Assembly (NCBI GenBank): GCA_013265495.1
Contig: MU058532.1
Location: forward strand, 62,001-113,329
Direction of reading: 5' to 3'
Source: Vicugna vicugna
Taxonomy: Eukaryota
Length of the DNA stretch: 51,329 nt
The notes beneath the pieces are model-generated. The model had not been told where the DNA came from and ran no database searches. It saw nothing but the letters and a program-made list of their open reading frames with translations. The position numbers were made by a program, and so were the translations under genes. Shown piece after piece: positions 1 to 13,099 of this stretch (position 1 is the stretch's first letter; each line of letters begins with the position of its first letter).

Positions 1-118
1 AATATGCTGTATAACATGTATTTAGCTAAGTCAAAAAGACTTAATTCTTTTTTTTTTAAACAACTCCAGAATTTCATTTCATCCCTGATTGCTATGCATC
101 AAGAGCAAAGAAGAAGAA

Positions 119-1041
119 AGTCTTTCTGGAGGATGGATCTGGATGTTTTTGCACAACTGGAGTAAAAGGAAAACTATGTATCTAGCAATGCTGTCACTAA
201 CACCCAAATGATGCCCTTACTAATATCTAGGTTATGTTTTTAAAAATAAACATGCAGGATTCCTTCCTTCTCCAGTTGGTTTTTCACATGGAATCATCTA
301 TGGGAGGTTACAGAGGGTAAGGTGGGCAGAATAACCCCCCTCACCTCATGAATATGTCCATATCCTAATCCCCAGAACCTGTAAGTATGTTAATTTATGT
401 AAAGGAGACGTTGCAGGTGTGGTTAAAGATTTGTGATGAGGAGGCTATCCTGGATTATTCTGGTGGGTCCAATGTAATTACAGAAGCCCATAAAAGCGGC
501 AGAGGGAGGCAGAAGAGGAAATTTGAGAGATGGCATGTGAGAAGGACTCACCCTGCCTTTGGTGGCTTTGAAAATGGAGTCTTTCTGGAGGATGGATCTG
601 GATGTTTTTGCACAACTGGAGTAAAAGGAAAACTATGTATCTAGCAATGCTGTCACTAACATCCAAATGATGTCCTTACTAATATCTAGGTTATGTTCTT
701 AAAAGTAAACATGCAAGATTCCTTCCTTCTCCACTTGATTTTTCACATGGAATCATCTATGGGAGGTTACAGAGGGTGAGGTGGGCAGAATAACCCCCCT
801 CACCTCATGAATATGTCCATATCCTAACCCCCAGAAACTGTAAGTATGTTAATTTATGTAGTAAAGGAGACGTTGCAAGTGTGATTAAAGACTTGCGATG
901 AGGAGGCAATCCTGGATTATTCTGGTGGGTCCAATGTAATTACAGTAGCCCATAAAAGCGGCAGAGGGAGGCAGAAGAGGAAATCCGAGAGACGGCATGT
1001 GAGAAGGACTCACCCTGCCTTTGGTGGCTTTGAAAATGGAG
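119..1041. repeat. Tandem duplication, two ~460-bp copies (119-577, 578-1039), in MATN3 intron 1
   Basis: 'agtctttctggaggatggatctggatg...gaaaatgg' occurs twice at offset 459. About 19 substitutions plus a 3-nt indel separate the copies, and there is an 'ag' microhomology at the junction. Confidence 0.95.
322..577 (+). mobile_element. MaLR LTR (MLT1D-like), 5' partial copy created by the tandem duplication
   Basis: 'gtgggcagaataa...atgtccatatcctaatccccagaacctgtaagtatgtt...atcctggattattctggtgggtccaatgtaat' resembles the MLT1D consensus as I recall it. Confidence 0.75.
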
Positions 1042-1272
1042 GGGGAAATCCACGAACCAAGGAATGAGAGCAGCCTCTACAAACTGGAAAAGACAAAGAA
1101 ACAGATTCTCCCCTAAGATCTTTCCAAAAGGAACGCAGCCCTGCTGACACCTTAATTTTAGTCCAGTGAGACTAGTGTCAGAGTTCTGATCTACAGAATT
1201 CCTGGATAATAAATGTGTGTTGTTTTAAGCCACTAAGTTTGTGGTAATTTTTACTACAGGAGTAGAAAATAC
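781..1272 (+). mobile_element. MaLR solo LTR (MLT1D-like), near full length
   Basis: Same 5' motif as above, plus the typical 3' end 'cagccctgctgacaccttaattttagtccagtgagact...aataaatgtgtgttgttttaagccactaagtttgtggtaattt...aataca'. Confidence 0.8.
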
Positions 1273-2689
1273 AGGGGGCCTGACTCGGATGGCAGGACAT
1301 TCTGTGATTATCTGCTCACTTCCTGATTTGGACCCTCTCCTCACTGTTTTTGAATCTCATTCCTCTTTACTAGTTAACAGCACTTTGATTCTCAGAAACC
1401 AAGAAAATGGAGAATCTGAATTTCCTAAAATGCTTCCCTATTCACAGTAATTGTTAATTTCTGATAGTTCCACTAGAAATAAAAGCCCATAGCAAAGCTT
1501 AGCAATTTCTGGATGCAAAAAGGAGGGAATTTGGAAAAGAGTGCAATGTGGTGTTTGTTAAAGAGTTATCATTCAATATTGAGTTGGATCCCAGGTAATG
1601 AAGGACGAGTGCTGCTTAGGGGAAATATGACCACTCCATGCAGAATCCCTCCTCCCTCTCCCAGTTCCATCCCCAAGGGAAGTGGATCAGGACCAGAGGT
1701 AATATTTAATTCTGGGAGACAAGTTTCTCCCCTATCCCCATTCCTGCCTGGCCTGGAGCAACCAACTAGCTACCAGCTGAATTTAACCATTGTAAACCCT
1801 GGCACAGCCCGTCTCAATGACAATGCTCTCACCATTTCAAATCCAGCCCAGTGGAGCTGGGGCAGGGAAGAATCCCTTGTGCTTTTCATCAACATTATCC
1901 AGAAAGGTGCAGGAGGGGTAAACAACACAAATCAGGCTGAGGCAGATGAAACTGGCCAGATGAGACTCAACATCCAGAAAATGGTTTGGGGCAGCCTCTC
2001 TTTAACAAGTCTGAAGCTGGACTTTTTGGTAACGAAGATAAACTCTCATATAAACCATATTAAGAGCTTGGTAGCTTGGAGCAGTAGAAACACCCATGCT
2101 TGGAATACCTGAGCTCTGTGTTTTACCCCAGGCTCTGAGACTGATTTGCTGAGTCCCCTTGGTTTGACAATCCTCAGTTTCCCTACATGTACTGTTAGGG
2201 ATTCGGTCAGATGATCTTCCAGCTCTGCTGCTCTAGGAGCTCTGCTCTGCCACAGGAACCAACTACTGACCCAAAAGAGAAATGAAATTGTTCACCAAAG
2301 ACCCAAAGTGTCTTGAGTGTTTGAGAATGTAAGAGAGTACAGGTTGGGGCTGGGGCCCAGTCAATCAGAGAACTAAAAGCAGAATCTCAGGAAGGGTTTA
2401 TTGAACTGAACCAGAGGTGGAAATGGTCAGAGAGCTGGGAGGTACCCTGTGTTCCCACAGTTGCCCCATCCCCCCTGTCCAAATCTCAGGGGGGCAGTTG
2501 CTGGAGTTCTAACTTCTAGAGATTCAAAGTCTAGCCCTGGCTATGAGTGCCCTTGGGCATCTCCCTTCCCTTCTCTGGATCTCAGTTTTCCAGAGTTCGT
2601 TGGGGAGGGGATTGTTCTCCGGCACCATGGTCTTGCGCAGACTGGGATGGAAGAAACACTTGTCGGATGACGGAGGCTTTTCCTCCTCA

Positions 2690-3420
2690 TTCGACGCTGG
2701 ATTCCCGTGCCCATCCATCCACTCCGCTGGCACCAGCCCTGGATCTCCCTCCTGCCCTCGCCCAGGCCATACCTGTGCCGCGGGCCCCGCCAGGCTGGCC
2801 GACTCCCGCATAGGCCGCGCCGGTGGGGGCGGCCAGAGCGGGACGGCGTCCAGGGCTGCCCCCTGGGCCTCGAGTCTCCAACCTCCGGAAGCCCGGTCGG
2901 GCCTGGGGGCCGGGGGCGGCGGGGGGGCGGCAGCAGCAGCAGCTGCCAGAGCAGCAGGACCAGTCCCGGGAGGTGGCGCGGCATGACTGTCTCGGTGCTG
3001 CTGCCCGTGTCAGTCAGCAGGTAGTTGCTCACTCGCTGGCTGGGTCAGTCTCGGGCCGGTGCCCGGCGCGCGAGCTGCTCATTTAAAGGTCCCGCGGTCC
3101 TGAGCCCCTCCCCGTGGCCTTGGGCCACGCCCCTCGGGCGTACGCCCCGCCCCGCGAACCCGCCCCGGGGCAGCGGCCAGCCGGGCCCGCGCATTCCCGC
3201 CGCCGCGGACGCGGAATGTCTGGGACAAGCTGGCCAGCGGCGCGGTACCTGACCCCGGCCCGCTGCGCCGCCCGTCCCTGTCTGAGTGCGCTCGGCCCGG
3301 AGCCTTCTGGCCGGGCTCTGTCTCTCCTCTTTCTCTCTCGAAACCTGTACAACCCGGGGACTGCCCGACCCTCCACTCGCCCTCCTGACCTCCAGGAGCC
3401 TCTGGCCAGCGCGCTAGGCT
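2690..3420 (-). promoter_or_regulatory. MATN3: CpG island and promoter of MATN3
   Basis: Very high GC and CpG density. TATA-like TTTAAAT (minus strand) at 3081-3087, about 100 nt upstream of the ATG. GC boxes (ccccgcccc, cccgccc) at about 3145-3165. Confidence 0.85.
2773..2984 (-). CDS. MATN3: Matrilin-3 coding exon 1 (signal peptide and N-terminal basic region); apparent +1 frameshift in the C7 run at 2921-2927. The remaining exons lie left of the window.
   Basis: ATG at 2984 gives [21 protein letters not shown]. Removing one C continues [49 protein letters not shown](G), matching the human MATN3 N-terminus (…[21 protein letters not shown]…). Donor CAG|GTATGG at 2773/2772. Syntenic with LAPTM4A. 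Confidence 0.93.
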
Positions 3421-3534
3421 CCCAGTTTAGAAGGCCGGGACTCTGCCGTCCAGCCCCATCCAGGTTTACCTGCCTCAAGGATTCACTCTGATCCTCACAC
3501 TACATTCCTTCCCCCAGCCAAGTAACCCAAGTTA

Positions 3535-3568
3535 AAAGAAAGAAAGAAAGAAAGAAAGAAAAGAAAAG
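3535..3568 (+). repeat. (GAAA)n microsatellite
   Basis: aaaagaaagaaagaaagaaagaaagaaaagaaaa. Confidence 0.9.
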
Positions 3569-4599
3569 CCTCACAGATTCTAGCAGCATGAATAGAAATG
3601 CTTTCATCCCAGCTTCAAACATCCGTAAACATTTGAACTTGTATTACCGGGAATAGAAAGTCAAACATACATTCCCCAGAGAGCCCCCGTTAGCTGGAAG
3701 GACAGCCTGTACGGACAGGCTTCAAAGGCTCTCCCTTTATCCCACTTCCTCTCCAGAAGAGCGATTGTGGCAGCACAGGGCTGGAGGCCAACCAGGGGAC
3801 CCAGCAGGAACTCAGTCTACCGGGAGAGAAAGAAGCATAAATAGTGTACTTGTCTAAGGGACCATGCTGAATTCAAGGAGAAACTGGTTTTGCCTGACAA
3901 AACCAGAAAGGCTTCTAAAAGAGGGGTCACTTCTGAGCTGGATGGTAAAACATGACAACGAACACGAGCTCCAACAGATCCTGTCTGGTCTTCTTGCTTT
4001 CAGACGATTGCCTTTTGAAATCTACACTCCACATAGTAACCTTAAAATCACTTCTCTTATTAAGCCTTGCAACTTCACTTTCAGTAAAATCCGAACTCCT
4101 TTTCATGGCCACCTGGTCTACCTCACTGAGCACATCTGGAACTTACTCTGCTTTCCGCACATCAACCACATTAGCCTTCCTCGGTCCTGCAGGACACCAA
4201 GCTTGTTCCCACCTTGTGGCCTTGGCACCTGGTCGTCCCACCTCCCATCTTTCATCTTCTCTACCCACCCCACTACACCCCTCTCCACTCTCATCACCAC
4301 AGAGCAGTGGTTCTCAATTTCTCATCCCATTAAACCTCACAGAATTGACACAACTCCGTCAGTGTTAGTGGGAGCAACTTATTAGCAAAGTGAGAGTCGT
4401 AAGGAGGGAAAATGTCTCTCAACTCCTGGTGAGAATTCACCTATTTCGGAGGATCTTAGAAGCTAGAATGTTATAATGGGAAGGGGACACTAAGAAGACT
4501 GAAAGAAGCAACGCCAAAGTGAGAAGTTCTTGTCCAGCACAATGTGTGCCAGCTCTCATGGACATATGTCATTTGTTCATCATCATGCTCTTTGGATGA

Positions 4600-5245
4600 T
4601 CCTCAAAGCCTTTGAACACCCTTACTCAATTTGCAAATTCCAACTTTATGAGTCAGCACCTCCCTGAGTAGAAGCCAGCAACTTGATTCCCAGCATCTCT
4701 TGCAGCTAGCATATATGCAAATGACCCAGACTTCATTGATCAGATGAATTCGCCTTTCTGTTTCAGCAGCTAGTGGTGAGAAGAAGCAAGCACTTTGTCG
4801 TCTTCATTCTGATGAGGATGGAGAGACAGCTAGCTTTCAAAGCAGCCATGGGGAGGGAAGAGCTGGATACAGTGCCCAGGGAAAGCAAGGTGAGCTAGGC
4901 TGTCTGTGCCCATCAGCAGTGGCTCTAGGTGTCCCCTAGAGCTGACCTGCAATGTGACTGGGAGTGTTTCATGACTGTGTGGCTTCCAAGCTTGATTCTC
5001 ACCCTCTTCCAGGAATTATGTAAGTCACTTGATATCCCGGGCTGCATATCGTGCACTATTCATATGCATAGTCACCACATATTTATTATAACAGATGGCA
5101 TTCCTTTTCAATAAATGGCAGTGAGGTATCTTGCGGAATGGATGGCTTTTCATATGCATTTTGGACTAGTAGTGGGATTGATCATACCCTTCATATATCC
5201 TTTTTCTGCTTATTCTAGCTGGAGTGGGTTCTGTTGTTTGCCACT
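4600..5245 (+). mobile_element. Old ERVL-type LTR (LTR16/LTR33-like), degenerate
   Basis: Motifs 'ttcccagcatctcttgcagctag' and terminal 'ttttctgcttattctagctggagtgggttctgttgtttgc'. Confidence 0.5.
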
Positions 5246-5698
5246 GTTAACTTTATCTTATAATTTTTACCTTTAAGTACCACAAGGGAGCATTATCTTA
5301 TCAGAGAGCTCAGAATAAATCAAGAATCTCTTAGCTTCTTGGTGAATGACAGGACACATTAGTTGCCAGTAACTTAGATGATTTCAGATGCACATCTATG
5401 CATGATATACCATCTTGGATGAAATGAAAATTGATAAATTGGTGTCTCCAGAATTCTTCCCATGAGTTCACAATCTTACATGAGTGGTCCAGTAATTCTA
5501 AAAACAAACACAAAGGCAACTCTTCTGGCAAAGAGATCCAGGTGGCCCCAGAGGCTTCTGGTGTGTCACTAACTTAGTGGCTACTGGCCTAGGCTGTAGC
5601 CATGCTCACGAAAAGACTAGAATAACTTTTTGATAACCTAAATGTTTAGGTAGTGAGGAGTCCAAACAAATTTCTTCAACTATTAAGGACAAAAAAGG

Positions 5699-5840
5699 AG
5701 GGGGGAAGGTATAGCTCAAGTGGTAGAGCACATACATAAGGTCCTGGGTTCAATCCCCAATACCTCTTCTAAAAATAAGTAAGTAAATAAATCTAATTAC
5801 CTCTCCCCCCCAAAAAAAACTTAAAAAAAAGAGAAAAAAG
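5699..5840 (+). mobile_element. tRNA-derived SINE (camelid Vic-1-like)
   Basis: gggggaaggtatagctcaagtggtagagca (A box)...ggtcctgggttcaatcccc (B box)...taaataaatctaattacctctccccccc followed by an A-rich tail. Confidence 0.85.
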
Positions 5841-5927
5841 TAACGAAGATTTATGTATACTTCACATTGTTTTTAGTTTTTTAATTATTTTTCAAATAGG
5901 TAATGCATATACTTGGTCCAAACAGTG

Positions 5928-5974
5928 AAAAACAAAAACAAAACAAAACAAAACAAAAACAAACAAACAAAAAA
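5928..5974 (+). repeat. (AAAAC)n/(AAAC)n microsatellite
   Basis: aaaaacaaaaacaaaacaaaacaaaacaaaaacaaacaaacaaaaaa. Confidence 0.85.
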
Positions 5975-8900
5975 CTATCAAATGCTGAGAGTACTTTTGC
6001 TTTGCATCGCTACTGTGGTACAAAGGAGTGAACATGTTGGGTTATTTTTCTTATATAATTAGGATTCCCACAGTAGTGTAAATCTTGGGAGCTACTCAAG
6101 GAGCCAGTCTTCTCCTTCCACCCTTGGTATGTGAATTTTGTCCCCAAGGCTGCTTGACCTCCAAGTATTATGTCAGCGTTCAAGGCCAAAGGAAGAGGGA
6201 AGACACAAGGGCAAAGGGCAAAATGTAGAGATTTTTTGCCTGCATCTCATTGGCTAGAAATATATCATACAGCCCCGCCTGGTGGCAGGGAGTCTTGGAA
6301 GGTACGTTTTCAGCTTCTTAGGTCTACAGAGAGGAAGGCAAAGGAAAAACCGGATTGGAATGTGTGTCAAGAGCTAACCTATGGTATCTGCCACAGATAT
6401 CCAGTGAAAATGAACTATCTCTATCCCCTGACCCCTACTGTTGTGGCCCCACTGTTACCAGTATCTTGAATATCCACGAACTTGTATGTGTAAGTATTTT
6501 AAAATACTGACATATACATACTCTCTGAATGCTGTATTGGAAGAGACATATGTTTCTAACTTGAGACCCAGAGGGTGAGAGTTCAGAAGAGCTACTTCTG
6601 AACCAGGTGAAAAAGTCTTAAATTCTGTGGATGCTTTGGAAAAAATATTGTCCAAAAAATGTCCCAAAGTTTCTTAAATCTAGTAAAGAAAAGGCAAGAC
6701 CAAGTCCTTGGACAACAAATATAATCGCTTTTTTTTTCTTCCCCAAAAACACCTCCAGCCCAAAATGGAAGTTTTTCTGTAGAGTATAGGATAGTACAGT
6801 AAAAGCTGTATAGTTTCTCCACTACTAAAATCCACCTGAGTAACACTCAGGTAAATGTGCAGAAATGAACGTGTGCAGTGACTTACAGATGTGTTGCTGC
6901 CTTTGTTTTTTAATTGCCAGAGGAGTGAAGATGATACTAATCATGGAATGGTAATGATTTTATTAAATCTTTGAGAATAAACAGAAATTGTGGGAATTAA
7001 GTCTAAACTTCATGTTCTAATGTCTGTATAATTTTTTTTATGTCTGTGTAATTTTGGATACCAATTTCCTAACTACATGAGAGTTGTTTGGGAATAGGAT
7101 GAGGCTGCAGGCAATGTTGGCTGCTCTGGAAGAGAGGATGACTATTTTTGAAACATAGGCTGCATGTTTGTATCATTGCCAGAAGTTCTGCAGAGCTCTG
7201 TAAATGGCCTACCCCTATTAATTAACATTGAGAACTCAAGATCTATTTCTATTCAAAACAACAGAATAAATATTTGAAAAGAGCAACTCATAGCAATTTT
7301 GCTTCCTTTAGTAAAAATTGCCATTAATTTTTTATTGTTTCACTGTACAGATATAAGCATGAATATTAAGTTTCACTACTTAATAAAAAAAAAGTCAACC
7401 AATTCATTAGCCATCAATGTAATGCCTTCCTTCTTCAGAGCAATCTTCCCTGAAGCCATATCTTCGTTTTTTCAAACTTATTTTTACCACTATTCACTGT
7501 AGCAACCACATTCTTTATTGTGAACCAGGAGCTACATAAATACAGCAGAAATGGAACTTTCCTGAAAGAGCATTAACCCTTACCACATGTAACCCACTCT
7601 AATGCCTTCTGTTTTATTCACCTCCATTCCGTTCTGTTATTTTTTTTTAAAGATCTGATTGTGAACATCTAGAGTTCATGATTCACTGTTTCCTAGTCAA
7701 CAGTTTGAAAAACTCTTGTTTCAAGTAAATTCTTTCCTACTGTCTCTGTCTTTCCAACCTATGACAGCATATCGTTTCTTTTGTGGGACTTACTCCATTT
7801 GTAATTATTTGATAGATGTTGAATTGATTTATTTCTATAGCCCACTGGATTGCAGGTTCTGGGAGGGCAGAATTGATGGCTGCATTGTTCAGTGCTGAAT
7901 TCCTATAAATTCTCCCTCACTGTGTGCAGGTTAAATATTTATCATGGGACTAGGACTTTAGGAAATGAAAGATCATAGAACAGGGCTGATATTTAGCCCT
8001 CCCTTGGCAGGATAGTCAACAGGCATGAAAGATTGGAGGAAAAGAAATAACTTGGCATTATTTTTTCCGAGGGTTGAATGATGCTGAGGAAATGGCTTCA
8101 CTCAGTTTCACTCCACTGACAAGAGACGGCTCTGTGCTGGGCATGGGCTCACAGACAGCCCTTCCTCTGGCCTCCTCTAGTGGGAGAGTTGGTCCTCCTC
8201 TACCCCAGGCTCCTTCTCTGAAGAAATTCAGGGGAAGAAGCAACATAAAGCATCATGATCTGTTTCAGCACATTGTACATTGGCATGTGTAAAAATTAAA
8301 ACTATTTGGCTAGGCTAGGGAATACATATTATGGATAGCTTTCTGTAAAAATTCACTTTCATACTGCTAGTTTGTTTTTACAATTCTAAATGACTGGTTC
8401 CTTATCATTCAGCTCTAGCTAGATTATGCTCTGATAATGACTCCAAAGTCTCAAGGTCCTTTAGCAACAAAGATTTACTTCTTGCTCTGTTATGTCTTTC
8501 CTGTATCTACATCTTCTTCATTCTGATACCCAGACTTAAGGGGCTGCCTGGAATATGCTGGTCTTGCGGCAAAGGAAAGAAACGAGAGATGGTGGAACCA
8601 GATGACAGATCTCAACATTTTTGCAAGGAAGTTGCTTCCATTCATTTCACTCACATGTTACCCCCAAGTCAATGAACTTCAAGCCCAAGCAAGTCACATG
8701 GGCAAGCCTGATGTTAATGGGGGTATATAAACCTTTTACAGGAAGTATAGCAGATCGCTAAAAACCATACTGTGATCTAGCACAATTTCTTTATTCATCT
8801 TTTTTTCTAATATAATGGATGGGCACCCCTCTGAGGTTTCCTCTCTTGATTCAGTAAGAACTTTTTCATCTCTGAGTCCAGGTCAGTCTCTCGTTAAGAG

Positions 8901-9284
8901 GCCCCTGGCTTTAGCTGATCTAACCACTTTCTTTTCAGCTTCTGAAGGACAGAGCCTCAGTGGATTGGTCTCTGTGTTCTTGCCACCTGACGTCCCAGGA
9001 GTAGGGGACCTGTACTAGCTCTCTGCTCAGGCCCACTGGAAAGTGAATGTGTCATCCAACAGGTTGTCACTCCCAGGAGCCAAGCCCTCAGGACACATGC
9101 AAGGCTGTGGTGTCAGCTGGTCTCCAAGAGATATTTTCTTCACATCCTGATTTTACTGATTTATGACAAAAATGTCCAGCTGTGAAACTTACAGAAACTC
9201 CCAGGTTCAGTCCTCTCCAACTCTGGGCCAGAAACCTAGAGAAGCAGGCCTAATTGTACACATGCCCTAATGCTTGCACAAGAA

Positions 9285-9405
9285 TCTGCCAGGACGGTCT
9301 TAAATGTAGAGACCTGCACCCCACCCCAGATATTCTGATTCAGATGGTTTGGGACTGGGCCCGGGAATCTGCATTTAACAATCTCTGGAGGAAACTGCTG
9401 TGCTG
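9285..9405. mobile_element. hAT MITE (MER5A-like) fragment
   Basis: 'ccccaccccagatattctgattcagatggtttgggactgggcccgggaatctgcatttaacaa'. Confidence 0.65.
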
Positions 9406-10084
9406 AGGGAGTCTGCAATGTCCTTGTTCTAGAGGTCTCGGCTGCAGGCCTGGATGGGGGCCCACTGCAGAGCTGCTGTATAAGCCTGATTCTGCACCAA
9501 GTGCCTTTACCCTTTCCTTTTCTGCCTTCCACACTCTATACAATCTGGAAACCCATAGGCTTTTTTCTAGGTCATCTTTAAAAAATATATCATTTTTTAA
9601 ATTATATATAATCTTAATTTTTAAAATTAAGATTTTTTTTCCTTGTTGTAAAAGTAATTTCACTTACTGTGAATCTGGAAAATGTAAGTAAGCAAAAATA
9701 AAAAAAAATCCATAATACCACCCACCCCAAAGATATGCTGTGGTGTCACGTCTTTTTCTCTGCTTATATGTTGATATATTTTTATTTATAATGAGATCAC
9801 ACTGTATATTGTGGTCTTATACCTTGCTTTCTGTACTTAATGAATTGTCAACAATTTTTTGTTATAATTCTTTTCCTAATACATCATTTTTAAGGGCTAT
9901 ACGGTATTCCATTGTATACTCCGCTTACTTAACCAATTCTCATTGTGGGACATTTGGTTTATACTTGTTTTTAAATTATAAATAGTGCTTCAATGAATCT
10001 CCTTTTGTGAATTGTTGTGAATTATTATTTTTCCCCTAGAATAAATAGTTAGAATTGGAAAGTCTAGAAGTCTGACTATATTCA

Positions 10085-10545
10085 ATATCTTATAATAAAC
10101 TGTAATGAAAAAAATATATATAGTAAATTAACTATACTGTAATTTAAAAAGGAATTTCCATACAGAAGAACAAAGTTAAGGAAGGCAATAAATTTCTCAA
10201 TGGAAACAATATGTGCAGAAAGACAGAGCAGCAACATCTTTAAAGTACAAATGAAAAAAAACCCTGACAACCTAGGACTCCATACCCTGGGAAAATATCT
10301 TTTGAAAACAAAAGTAAATAAAACACATTTTCAGACAGACAAAAACTAAAAGAATTCAGCAGCAGCAGAACCACACTGAAAAAAAATGTTAAAACACATC
10401 CTCTGGGAGCCAAAGAATGACAGATAGAAATGTGGAACCACAAAAAGAAAGAAAATACCAGAAATAGAATCTAAATGGATGTATATGTGGGTTTTTCAAT
10501 TATTTTTCTCTTTAAAAGATAATTAACTGTTTAATAAAAAATAAG
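10085..10545 (+). mobile_element. Old L1M fragment (end of ORF1 region)
   Basis: 'caacatctttaaagta...aaaaccctgacaacctaggactccatacc...aaaatatcttttgaaaacaaaagtaaataaaacacattttcagacagacaaaaactaaaagaattc'. Confidence 0.6.
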
Positions 10546-12139
10546 AGTCAAGGAAGGGCAGAGGAAGAGGGAATCTGGTCAGCCACTTGTTTGCAAAGAG
10601 TTACTTACTAATGTCATTCAACTGATGGGAGGAGGGCCAGGAATATAAATCAGGTTTCCTGATACCCTGTCCAGATTTTGAGCTCCCTAGTTGAAAGATG
10701 AGAGATACAAAGCTCCTTTCTAACAGGTAGAAAAGTTACTCTTTTTCTGGTTTTCAGGTCAAATACTTTCCTTTTCCCTCTTCAGGACTTCCTCTAGCCA
10801 TTCCTTGCTCACCGTCCCCCACCCCTACCCATGATAGTATTTGCACAGGGCTTTATAGCTGCCAACCCTCCCATGTCTGTTACCTCACTTGATCCTAAGA
10901 ATGCCGCCAATAAGTCTGTAGATCAGGAATTTGCATCTTCTTGATTTTAGATGCAGGAACTGAAATTCACATCCCAGTTAAATCTCCCAAGATGAGAGAG
11001 TAATATCCTGGTGAAGTGGGGAATTTAATTTCAACTATCCAGATCCACTGCTCATTCCACCAGCCCATTCTGCCTCACTCCTATGTTTGAATTTCATGGT
11101 CTTTGGTAACATTCATCTTGCTTCTAAATTATTTCCTCATAATTAAAGTCATGACTTTTATAAAAAAACAAAGCAACCTCAGACAAGCAAAGGTACACCT
11201 TTTTCGTTCATACAACTCCTGGGCTTACTTACAACGCATTCCTTCTCTGAAAGCAAAAGGAGACCTGCAAATGGCACACCAACATTTGCCTACAAGGAGC
11301 ATTGTAACAACTAGACTTAGAACAAAGTTCCACGATGACTAAACAAATTAGTCACAGACGGGAAAACAGAGCAATCAGGACACCACCAAACAGGAGGAAT
11401 AAAAGGTACAATTTATCAATGTAGTCTCTTCTTTTCATATTTTAAGACCCTTTAAATGTAGGTGTGATGTGCCTCACATTTGGATGATACCCAATTTATA
11501 CAAAAAAAGAATCTATTAGCAGTGAAAATTTTGTAGAGACAAGTTGTTTCATTCAGTAAACATTTACTACACCCCTAACAACCCGGGTTTGAGTAGGTCA
11601 TTGTGCTAAGTGCTGTAGATGGGGGCGGGGGAGGGGAGGGGTCAAAGGAGGAAATGGCCAATTTACAGAATTGACTATTTACTGAAGAATTTTTAAATAT
11701 TTCATGTTATATTCTTTTGAGTACTTACAAGTCTGCCCTTGTGCCAAGAAGCACTGTACCATCTTCATCTTAGGAAGATATTGTGCAAATTAAAGCTCAC
11801 AGAGGTTAAGTAACCTGGCCACGCTCATGTGGTAAATCAGTGGCAGAACTGGGGTTTAAAACCAAATTTGTCTGAATCCATTATGTGATTTATCAACAAC
11901 TCCTCTGTACAGTCTGTTTTACAGCAGCCGATTTTTTTGTCATGTAATACGCTCTGTACCAGGGTAAGCATATGAATTATAGCATTTATTTACAACTCTG
12001 TGAGTTATGAGTCCTTTTCCAAGTGAGAAAACAGACTCAGAGAAATTGTACCATAAGTCATTTTGGGACTCTCATCTGTTTGGAAACCTCCTGTAGTTTC
12101 TTGCCACTAAGAGTCACTGTAATGACCCATAATGGCCAA

Positions 12140-12500
12140 TGTAACACCTCTCTGAGCTTGTCACCCACCACTGCGCACTCTCCTCCCTCTCCACTTACCA
12201 AGCTCACTGGCTTTGAATACACCAGCCCCTCTGCCTGGGATGTTCTTTCTCCCTCGTGCTTCGGGTCTTGCTCACGTGTCACTTTCTAAGTGTGGACTTT
12301 CCTGCCATTTAAAATTGCACCCTTCATCCTCTTTCCTTGTTTCCTTTTTTCCTCCCTAGCTCTATCACTTACTATACAGCTTACAGTTAACTTTAAATCT
12401 TCTGTCTCTTCCCACTAAAATAAGACTAAGGAACTTTTTAAATTACATTTTGCCCACTCCTGTATTTCTTGCAACTGAAACAAAGTACATGCTGAAAACT
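12140..12500. mobile_element. L2 3' fragment
   Basis: 'cccctctgcctgggatgttctttctcc...tttaaaattgcacc...tttttcctccctagctctatcact...ctgtctcttcccactaaaataag'. Confidence 0.5.
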
Positions 12501-13099
12501 TCTGAGTTGAATTGCATTAAACTTTGCTCAAGATTATGCAGAAGTGAGAACTGGAACCCAACAGAAAGACCCCACCCTTCCCAACACAGCAAATGTGCTA
12601 ATGCCAGAGAGAACGTATATTATGGTGAGCTCAATTTTGGAAACAAGATCCTCACAGGACTCTCAGGTTGACATGACTCAGAAACAAAACTCTACAAGTT
12701 TTTGCAGCTACATTCCTAGTGTTGAGTAAAAGCTGAGAAAGTGAAGCAAAATGGCCAAAACCAGAACAGAGTGGCATGGACAAATGTAAATGTGGATGAA
12801 AACAGCAAGAGAAGGAAACTGATTAGATTAAAAGGATAGGCAAACCTCAATAAAATATTTTGAAGGCCAAGAGAAAAGTGACTTTGAAGGTTCAGTAGTT
12901 AACAATGAATGATAAAAACCAGAACTGAAGTTAGAAACAGTAACAGAACTTCGTGGTTTAGGAGGGCATCAATACCTCCTGAGACATTTTGTGGGAATAC
13001 GAAGGGAGTGTCAAATTTCGGAGTTAGAATGGTGAAATGTATGAGCTACTCACTTAAGGTGAAGTTGCTACATATTTTTAAAAACAGGGCTAAGTATTT

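Noticed and set aside
1513..2112. 199-aa plus-strand ORF antisense to MATN3 intron 1
   Set aside because: No recognisable domain or coding-like composition; consistent with a chance ORF.
2449..3491. Many overlapping Pro/Gly/Arg-rich ORFs
   Set aside because: A by-product of stop-codon scarcity in a CpG island. Only the parts matching MATN3 exon 1 are supported.
3864..4385. 173-aa and 138-aa ORFs upstream of MATN3
   Set aside because: No protein similarity recognised; they overlap degenerate L2/MER-like sequence.
5699..5765. tRNA-like sequence with A and B boxes (also at about 31420-31490 and 37614-37680)
   Set aside because: Followed by a SINE body and A-rich tail, with no complete cloverleaf. 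These are SINEs, not tRNA genes.
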